Shown: piece by piece, positions 1-7,780 of the stretch | Numbering within the stretch: position 1 is the first letter of the stretch | How the letters are laid out: each line of letters starts with the position of its first letter | Assembly: GCA_024704765.1 (NCBI GenBank) | Contig: JAKMXF010000176.1 | Span: 1 to 8,280 of the forward strand | Source of the DNA: Oopsacas minuta | Taxonomy: Eukaryota; Animalia; Porifera | DNA length: 8,280 bases | Reading direction: 5' to 3' | Made by a program: the position numbers and the translations under genes | Notes under the pieces: generated by a model | Seen by the model: only the letters and a program-made list of their open reading frames with translations | What the model was told of the DNA's origin: nothing | Database searches by the model: none

Positions 1-1327
1 GAAACAAACTCCGTAGATCTAGATTCTCTGTGAGAAAGGAATTGGCTAATGAGGCTCACGAAACTATCAATGATATATCTGCAATGTATTTTGATGGCCG
101 TAAAGATCAAACTCGAGTACTGGTAGAAAGAGAAGATGGACATTTGCATGAGGATATTGCAAGTGAAGAACATTATACTGTCTTATCTGAACTGGGGAAT
201 CAGTATGTTGCCCATGTAACACCAAGTTTTGGTAAAGCCAAAGATATAGCAAGGGAATTGACTGATCTTTGCAGGGAGCATAATTCAAATTTAATGGCGG
301 TTGGAGCTGATGGAGCTCGAGTTAACACTGGAATCTACAATGGGTGTAATAGATTACTTGAACTAGAGTTCACAAACCCACTCCACTGGTTTATTTGCCA
401 ATTACATGGTAACGAACTTCCATTGAGGCATCTCTTTCAAATAATAGATGGAAAAACAGCGGACCCAATTCTTTTAAAGGAGTAATTGGTAAATAACTTA
501 ATTGTGATTTTACTTACAAACCAATTACAGCGTATCACCCTTTATGCGGTAAACTCAACTTATTGATTGCGATATTCTCAAGAATTTAAATGAAGATCAA
601 AAACATCTATATAATATCTGTCATGCAGTTCAGACTGGCATTTGCTCATCTGAACTTGCATCGATGCAACCTGGTCGTACATGTCTACGATACATCCTAC
701 ACCTGAATTATCCCGAATTGTCAATTTTATTGTCAATGATTATGCACGAGTTTGGGTAGAATCAAGAGTAATCCGATTTGCACAGATGGGCCTAAAAATG
801 TGTATTTTGTGATATCTTTGGTGCGAGAGCTATCGGAGTCTGACCAAGAAGTAATTTGCGATGTGATACAGAGAAACTCATATTTTTGTCATCCAGAAAA
901 TCTCCTGCTATCGATCCTTGCATATAATGATGAATAAATCTGACAAAAGGCTGTGAAGATTATTTTAGATATCCGAAATAACAGTTCATCATTTAGACCG
1001 ATTGAAATTCGCCCATTTAATCTTCTTTCAATAAGCTTCACTGCTGAAACATATGCGGATATGATTAATTGGGAAACCTCATATATCACAGAACCGCCTT
1101 TACAAGATATCTCTCAAAAGAAGTACTAATTAATTGTCTACGTGCTCTACTAGAAATTCCAGCATATCCATGCCATACACAAGCTTCTTGAAAGAACTAT
1201 TCAATTAGTCACTAAAAGTTCGTGTTCAGTAACAGGAGAATATGCAAGACATGGATTAATTCTTTCAACCCTAACATCAAGAGAAAAAATGCACACATTT
1301 GAGTCAAAGAAAGATTATGCATGTTAA
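1..1327 (+). pseudogene. Degenerate DDE transposase of a hAT-like DNA transposon (probably hATm-type); the 5' part lies upstream of the window
   Basis: The frame is open from position 3. Motifs occur in the expected order across frameshifts and stops: YFDGRKD (D at 93-95), EEHYTVLSE, VGADGARVNTG (D at 309-311), WFICQLHGNELPLRHLF (CxxH at 396-407), GKT.GP-NSFKGVIGK (frameshift about 465-470, which causes the false stop at 483-485), LNEDQKHLYNICHAV, VIQRNSYFCHPENLLLSIL, YADMINW..ITEPP, YPCHTQA-(+1)-LERTIQLVT (E at 1190-1192) and FESKKDY, then TAA at 1325-1327. ORF-track entries 30..485 and 752..937 are fragments of it. Confidence 0.9.
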
Positions 1328-1749
1328 ATATACTTGATATAACATAATTGAATCATACACTATGATAGATAAAAAAGCTAGTAATTTACAAATAATCGGA
1401 AAAAAAGGGGGTGGGTAATATTATTAGGGTATGATAGAATATGCAAAAATAATTTTGATAACTTGAGTATCCTTGGTCATAGAAATCGATTAATACACCA
1501 TTCAATAGCAAATATACGACTTATTAATACCAAATAATATATATAAAGGGGATAAGCCAAAGGAATTTGAAAATTCGGATAATATAAAATCAATTTTGTG
1601 AAAGTGACATAGCAAAAATATTTAACCGCAAGAGTCAAATCGAAATATTTTTCAAATTTAAGCCTCGCATTTTCCTAGAAATGGTAAAGGCAACTTTCCC
1701 CTTAGGTAGAAGTTGAACCGACGATTTAAACTTTTCTCGATCCGGCCTA
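1..1749 (+). mobile_element. hAT-like DNA transposon, right portion (transposase fossil plus 3' non-coding arm); right end tentative
   Basis: The transposase remnant is followed by about 420 bp of non-coding DNA ending ...TTTTCTCGATCCGGCCTA at 1749 (reads TAGGCCGGATCG on the minus strand), just before LINE-derived sequence begins. The left TIR is outside the window, so this end cannot be confirmed. Confidence 0.55.
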
Positions 1750-1764
1750 ATATGTAAGATAAAA

Positions 1765-3600
1765 CAAGGGAAGATGATGTTACTAAAGTCATGGAGAGTT
1801 GGAAAGATATGTTCAATCTCAATAACTCAGTTGATTGCCTGTGGAGAAATTTTGATCAGATGCATGAAAGCCTCCATTTATGTGTGCCTAGAAAGAAAGT
1901 GATCGTTAGAAGAGGTTTTGCTTATCTGAGCAATCCTATCATTAAATTAGCAGTCAAGGATAAAAGTGCTTGTGGTTAGCATATAGAAACAACCCTTCCT
2001 ATAAATATTATAAGCAAACTTTGAGGAATGTAGCTAAATTAGCAATCCAGCTGAGGAAATAGTATGAAGATAAGTTGACACATTGTTACATTCAATCAAG
2101 CTATTAGAACGTTTTGCAACTATGCCAAGCACCAAAGATTGGATGTAAAAAGGGATATATCTCTGATACAGTGGGGAAATGGTGTCTGAAGGGGGATCTG
2201 CAAGTATATTTTTAGATGACTTTGCATCTGTGTTTAGTCAACAAGTGGATGGAGGAGCTTATATTGAACTGACTGCTGTTAACACTGTTAAACATTTAGA
2301 TGATATACTACTCACGGAAGAAATGGTTTTACAGCAACTTGAGCTTTGAACGTAACCAAATCTCCAGGCCCAGATAATATTCACCCCAAATTTTTATGGT
2401 AGTGTTCAAAATGTTGTACAAACCCTTATTCATTCTTTTTACTCAGAGTCTCCCCCGTAGAATCCTACCCAGTAGTTGGAACTGGCTAATATAATTCCCA
2501 TTATCAAAGGCCCCAGATCAATTGCTAGTAATTATAGACCAGTTTCTAAACTTCGATTGTGGTGAAGTTGTTAGAAAGTATGATCAAGCTCATTCTGTTA
2601 CATAATTTATTTACAAATAATTTAATCAATGATAGTCAATGTGTTTTTTTTCACAACAGATCATGTTGTTAAGTTTGCTAGTGAAGAATTCTACCCGTGT
2701 AGCATAGCTTGCTGATCACACGAATTTTATGGTGAATCTAAGTCTGAAAGTGGTTATGAGTCTTTAGCGTCTAGTCTTACGGACATGGTGTCATTGTCTC
2801 AGATAAAATACATGCCCATGAACAACAGCAATTGTCGCATTTTACATCAAGAGAAATATAATGGTAAAAGGAGCTATTTTATGAATTTTAATGTTATTGA
2901 AGAAGAGAGAACATTAAGGGATTTAGGAGTATGGGTAGATGATAGACTAAAATTTTCTGAACATATCTCTAATATTACTTCTTCAGTCACCAGATTGATA
3001 GGACTATTCGAAGAACAAGTTTTCAAATTATTCCAGATATATTCATAATTTTATATCAACTCTTCATAAGTCCGAAACTTTAACATGCTTCTAGCGAATG
3101 GTCACTTATTTTAAAGAAAGACATCAACAAGCTTGAAGAGTTAAAAGAAAGGCTCCCAAATGCGTTAGTTGTTTATCACATTTTACCTATAGTGAGAAGA
3201 TGCGTGGGTTAGGTGGATTTGTTTTGAAAACAGGAGGAAAGAGCTGATTAAATTTGAAAATGGAAATATTGAATAGTCACTTGTCTATTAATTTTGATAT
3301 TCCTCATACTTTGCGAGCAGTTAATAGGTGTAGGGATCACTCCCTTTACGTAGTTCCACCACAAAATCTTCCTGTTAAGACGTTAGTCAGAAAGAACTTT
3401 TTTACGGAAAGAGTGACAAATGTATGGAATCAGCTACCCGAAGAAGTTTTATCTGCTCACTTCTATACACTTTCAAGGGTAGGCTTGACACATTTTGGGG
3501 AAACGAGCGAAATCGACTACCTTGTTGATGTTATAAGAAGTCATTGTTCTGTATTCCTCAGCCTGGTAATTGATTTTTCAGTTTCTAGTTGTTTATATAT
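1765..3600 (+). mobile_element. 5'-truncated, decayed CR1-like non-LTR retrotransposon (ORF2 linker, RT and C-terminal region to stop at 3526-3528, then probable 3' UTR)
   Basis: Colinear motifs: WKDMF..V..LWRNF (linker), FASVFS (2221-2238), KSPGPDNIHPKFL (2358-2396), W-LANIIPIIKG..SNYRPVS (2477-2547), RSC (2658-2666), ADHT (decayed FADDT, 2711-2722), NCRILH, RDLGVWVDDRLKFSEHI, RKNFFTERVTNVWNQLPEEV and FKGRLD. There are many stops and frameshifts and no endonuclease domain. ORF-track entries 1791..1979, 2785..3048 and 3254..3613 are fragments of it. Confidence 0.9.
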
Positions 3601-3801
3601 TACTTTCACCTAAATTCGACCTTACTTTCATCTTGAGTTGTGCTGCAGTCTTCTCCATCTGTACTTTGTATTTTTGGTTTGGATTTTACATATATCTATG
3701 CTATTCAACTTTACTTTACAGTTTTCTTTTCAATAGTTTTGATGTACCCAGCCTCTTCAAGCAGCACTATTTGTTATTTTACATATTCTTTGCACTAAGT
3801 A

Positions 3802-3825
3802 TTCTTCTTCTTCTTCTTATTATTA
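3802..3825. repeat. Compound microsatellite (TTC)5(TTA)3
   Basis: Read directly: ttcttcttcttcttc at 3802-3816 and ttattatta at 3817-3825. Confidence 0.9.
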
Positions 3826-4026
3826 TAAATGAGCTCCAAATTTTGCGTCTTTAATATCAGCCAGCCCCATTTAATGATAAACTAAAACAACGATACATAA
3901 ACTGAATTCAATTCTCAATTGGATACTTCATACAATGATACGCACAAATGATATAGAAACACAGTAATTATTATAAAGTGTAAGAACGAAATCAAAATCG
4001 TCAAAAATACATTTCATCCAAATCGG

Positions 4027-4784
4027 CAGTGGTGTCCTGCCGTGGGAGCGGGTGGGAGCTTCGCTCCCATACTTTTTTTTAACAAATCAAATTGGGAAGT
4101 AACAATTACTTCACAAGTTACTGAATTTGTGTACCTGATATCTACAGTAGCATAGAATCAATATTTAAATATATTGAAAGTTGTTCCAAATATAATGAAG
4201 TTGAGTTGAGAGAGCAAATGTTTACTTTGTAGCACCCTGAATGTATTGTATTTGTTTTGAAGAACAGTGAGGAGTTTACCTCAACTATGTATTATTTTAT
4301 CCGAATCGAGCGTTAATCGTAAACAAAATATCCATTTCAAATGATTCTTTTAAGTAATAATTACATTATAGGCAACGTGTTCTGAAATGTAGGATATATA
4401 GAATAGAACACGTTTCTTCTTTGCTGTTAATCCAGCTTAATGGTCCACCACTGACTATTTGGAGATCATTGGAATATTCTAAATCTTGGCTCTTGCATCA
4501 TAATTCAGCAACAGATATCCATGGATTGAAATCTAAAATTTCTGAGCCCCATAAACAAGAAATAATTGGCAGTATTATTAGTTAAAATTTTTTGGGTACT
4601 CAATCACTTGTTAGAACTCTATTTTCAGATCTAGTACTAAATCTTTCATATTATTCATACGTATCTTATTAATTCAACTACCAATATATTGTTTGAAATT
4701 TGTATTAGAAATTAGGATATATTCAATTGATTTTGAAATTTGAAACACCGCTCCCATACTTATAATTAGAGCAGAACATCCCTG
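4027..4784 (+). mobile_element. Complete non-autonomous hAT element (758 bp) with an 8-bp target-site duplication
   Basis: Left TIR CAGTGGTGTCCTGC (4027-4040) and right TIR GCAGAACATCCCTG (4771-4784) match at 11 of 14 positions as inverted repeats. The direct repeat CAAATCGG is perfect at 4019-4026 and 4785-4792. CAG..CTG ends with an 8-bp TSD are characteristic of hAT elements. The subterminal motif CGCTCCCATACTT occurs at both ends (4062-4074, 4749-4761). Confidence 0.9.
4400..4585 (+). pseudogene. C-terminal remnant of a hAT transposase (end of the dimerisation domain, ZNF862-like type) inside the 758-bp element
   Basis: The stop-free frame 4361-4585 includes RIEHVSSLLLIQLNGPPLTIWRSLEYSKSWLLHHNSATD. 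This resembles the SL(M/L)xISxNGPP...YVxSWL..H.SAxD tail that I recall from this transposase group. It has no start codon, so it is absent from the ORF track. Confidence 0.65.
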
Positions 4785-5599
4785 CAAATCGGTGGCCCCA
4801 TAAACTGAAGATTAGGAAATGTATAAGTGGGGCCTTTGGGCGGGTCTAGAAAGATGTGCTAGGCGAAATTGTAGGCTATTCAACTCGCAATTATTTATAT
4901 TGTAAGATCCTGGCCTAAAATGTAGGTCAAGAAACTGAAATATGGATAAAAACAGACCGCTAAAAATGCTTGAAATGAAAATTAATGATTGAATATACAC
5001 ATAATTTTGGTAAATAGCGAAGTCAAACTTTCACCTACAACCGCATAATTCCACACTGTCTAATTGATACCTAAAATACATATGATATACGGAATAGAGT
5101 TGGGCATATGATCTACAGTACATACTTAGCATTAAAAAAGTACCATATCTTCAGATATAAAGAATCAATAGAGAGTAAATTAGATAAAATAGGATCAGAT
5201 TAAGATAGTACAAATACACAAATGCCAGGAAAAAGAGGTAGAAATTATTTCTGTCTGGATATTTGCTAAATAGCAACCTTAGAATACAAACAATATGGAT
5301 TACATATAGGGGACAACGGATTTATGTGAAAAAATCCAACTAAAATTGCCTAATTCTAAGAATGTTCTTGAAATGCCTACTCAAAATTCAAAATAAATAT
5401 CATCAAAATATGTTGCATATTTCTGGGGTTCAAAATTATCTAATTTCCGGCAGAAATAATCGACCCTCAAATTCAAATACGATCCTTAATTATAGGAAAG
5501 TTGAAAAAGCTAGGAAAATCTGTATTCTAAATACATTCCCAAGATATGTAATAAATTATGTCAAATAATTACTGCAAATACAATATCCGACAAAATTCA

Positions 5600-6290
5600 A
5601 AATGGGAAACAGGTGTATGACTATTTAGTACTCGAATATTACAAATATACTTGAAGAAATTACTGTTGATATTGGAAATAAATGAAAGTGTTATTGGAAA
5701 TGTACTAGTTGAATAAAAGCAATAGATCTTGCAAATAAGGTGGGGTCAATATACGCACATCAGAATGGAACTCATTATCAACAATTTTAGATTAGGTTAA
5801 TAAGAAAAATTGCTGTATTCCTATAAATATTAGGAATATATATAAATGATTCAACAATTTAGAATAGAAGAATTGTAAGAAATTATATACTATTAATTTT
5901 GAGAAGACCCATGTTCAGTCTTTCCTAACTCAATTTACTTTGGAAATATATCTTACAAATCTAATGAATGTAATGATAAGTTGTAGGGGACAAATATAAC
6001 TGATGAGATGAATTACGATAAATTCACGCGTATAGTCAAGAAGTATTTAACTCGTAATCTATTAATAGAACTAAATGGGAACCGCCTAGCGAACAGGAAT
6101 AAGTCATATATTTACCATAAAGTTGTGGCAAGCAGATTTTAGTTGGCAAGGCTGAACTATGGAAAATATGTTGAGCAACAAAAGTTTGTCCAGATGATAT
6201 CAGATTAGCTTTCCATTTGTTGATCTTGTTTAAGCCGGACCTACTGAACAGTCACCGAGGCCCGACGAACAGTAAAAACGTGTTAGAGGA
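5600..6290 (+). mobile_element. Possible very decayed non-LTR retrotransposon C-terminal region
   Basis: Weak colinear motifs only: VYDYL (5613-5627; compare YKYLG), TNILEEI..IGNK.KCYW, KFTRIVKKYL (6020-6049), LARLNYG (6143-6163) and VCP...HLL (6184 onward; compare the CCHC knuckle). Multiple stops and frameshifts are needed to link them. Confidence 0.25.
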
Positions 6291-6298
6291 GTTCGTAA

Positions 6299-6347
6299 CA
6301 GGGGTAGATCTAGCGGAGAGTACGGAGGACTGCGTAACCCCCTGTTA
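6299..6347 (+). mobile_element. Orphan hAT-type terminus
   Basis: CAGGGGTAGATCTAGCGG...GCGTAACCCCC is a GC-rich island beginning with the CAGGGG motif typical of hAT non-autonomous ends. It carries a 9-bp inverted repeat (6296-6304 and 6339-6347). No convincing partner TIR was found. Confidence 0.4.
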
Positions 6348-6489
6348 GAATATATGTAGTGATATTGCTCGAGCACTTTGTGGGATAATATTAAATAAAG
6401 ATATTGAAATCAATAATTACTATGAGTAATAATTAGCGACTACAGTGGAGGAATGATTGTGATTACCGATCGTTATAAATGAATTTATT

Positions 6490-7095
6490 ATCGGTATTGA
6501 CCAACGTTCGGTCAATACGCGTATATCGGTATAGTTGTTGCTTTCACTGTGCCGATTCTAGTATAGTATAGTGGCTCAGTATTGAAATTAATGCCTTAGT
6601 CATGTGAAAACGGCGAATGGTAGTAGTGAGCCAATAATTAGACTATTGCCGATATATATTATATTCTACGACTAAGGTATTCTCAGAATTTATATTCGTA
6701 AATAGATGTGTGAAGAAATATTTTGCTAAAGGTAGCTAAAGTCTGAAAGGAGTTGGCTTCTCCTCATTTTGTATCAATTATGAAACTAATGAAAGAGGAT
6801 GATCCAAATATGTATAAGTAAAATTTGAGCTCCATATTAGTTTTAGTATGGGCTGTCAGAGCGTCACGATCAATAAATGATAGCAAGATTTCAATACTGG
6901 TCCATGAGCCTACTACCTACTAGTCGGCAAGGTATACAAGATTAAAGCACCCATTTCAATACTGAGGACTATAATATGTCCCAATCTGCACCGTTAAAAC
7001 AATACCTGTACCCTGATAAGCGTATTAACCTAAAGGTTGGTTAGTACGAGTATGATTAGCTTTATACGTATTGACTGATTTCCAGTATTGACCTT
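6490..7095. repeat. Degenerate inverted-repeat pair built from GTATTGACC palindromes (MITE-like)
   Basis: Hairpin GTATTGACC-aacgttc-GGTCAATAC at 6494-6518. An inverted diverged copy lies at 7021-7047 (21 of 27 aligned positions identical). Extra half-sites occur at 7067-7075 and 7085-7093. Confidence 0.55.
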
Positions 7096-7230
7096 AAAAT
7101 ATATAAAGAATGAACTAACATATTTTATTGGATCCGGTCACCCAAAGTTTAACCCTAAATAACGATAAAACAATCCGGGGCATCAAACTATCATGTAACA
7201 TATCATTCATTTATTAGTTTCTCTGCTGAA

Positions 7231-7618
7231 AGTTATTGGTATAGTCTGGCTAACAATATAGAAGTCGAATAATTTATATTTTCCCTTTATTTGAGTACTT
7301 TTCAGATATAAGCACTATTGCAAAAATTAACTGGCTGCACAGTTGCAGTAAAGATCAGTGTAGTTTATATTACATTTGTAAGATTAATAGTATCAGATAG
7401 CAGTTCGCTATGTAGATTCTCAAATATAGGGTATAAATTTGACAATTTCCACAGCTGGTTCGTACATTTGGAGAATATATTTATTTACATTATTTCACAG
7501 GATAAGAGCATGAGCGCAGAATTTCGTGTGGGAATCTTTTCACACATCGTATAAATATTGAAAAGTGCTGGATTCCGTTAGCCAGTTAACCTGTGAACCT
7601 CGCTATATCCAGTTAACT
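7231..7618. repeat. Degenerate inverted-repeat structure with a TTAACTGG(CTAAC) motif (MITE-like)
   Basis: TTAACTGGCT (7327-7336) is the perfect inverse of AGCCAGTTAA (7580-7589). CTGGCTAAC (7246-7254) is the perfect inverse of GTTAGCCAG (7577-7585). AGTTATTGGTATAG (7231-7244) resembles the inverse of CTATATCCAGTTAACT (7603-7618). Confidence 0.45.
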
Positions 7619-7746
7619 ACTAGGATAGAAATTGTATTAGGCTAAAGGTGACATTTACATCTATATATTCAGAGTTTCTAAGTGGTTTAAAGGTAGGTAA
7701 GTATATACATATATATACGAATTCGGACAATTAAGTAAGTATTAGA

Positions 7747-7780
7747 CAGGGCCGTAGGAACCGGTGCGGCGCTCGCCACA
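7747..7780 (+). mobile_element. hAT-type terminus of an element that probably extends past the window end
   Basis: An abrupt GC-rich start, CAGGGCCGTAGGAACCGGTGCGGCGCTCGCCAC, appears in AT-rich DNA and fits the CAGGGCCG class of hAT ends. No inverse copy (GTTCCTACGGCCCTG) occurs in the window. Confidence 0.55.

Noticed and set aside
67-1089. Minus-strand ORFs 67..288 and 889..1089
   Set aside because: They are antisense shadows of the transposase fossil.
3570-3854. 94-aa hydrophobic ORF resembling a membrane protein
   Set aside because: The F/L/I/Y richness is what a T-rich tract plus a TTC/TTA microsatellite produces. It has no family motif and overlaps the LINE 3' end.
3896-4809. 11-bp repeats CATAAACTGAA (3896, 4799) and GCCCCATAAAC (4546, 4795)
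   Set aside because: They do not coincide with element boundaries, and 11-mer matches are expected by chance at this base composition.
6540-6575. CTAG-T at 6559-6563 as a possible Helitron 3' end
   Set aside because: There is no GC-rich hairpin at the expected ~10-12 nt upstream and no identifiable 5' end.
6888-6964. 12-bp direct repeat ATTTCAATACTG (6888-6899, 6953-6964)
   Set aside because: There are only two AT-rich copies and no TIRs just inside them. It is not CRISPR-like and is probably chance or a small local duplication.
1425-7160. Single TTAGGG (1425) and CCCTAA (7155) hexamers
   Set aside because: They are isolated copies, not a telomeric array.
4812-7554. ORFs 4812..5000, 5362..5568 and 7318..7554
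   Set aside because: They are short, have no recognisable motifs, and are within chance expectation for AT-rich DNA.
7300-7705. Splice-like signals (TTTTCAG at 7300-7306, GTAAG at 7377 and 7697)
   Set aside because: Such motifs are common in AT-rich DNA, and the implied exons encode nothing recognisable. Transcript data would be needed.
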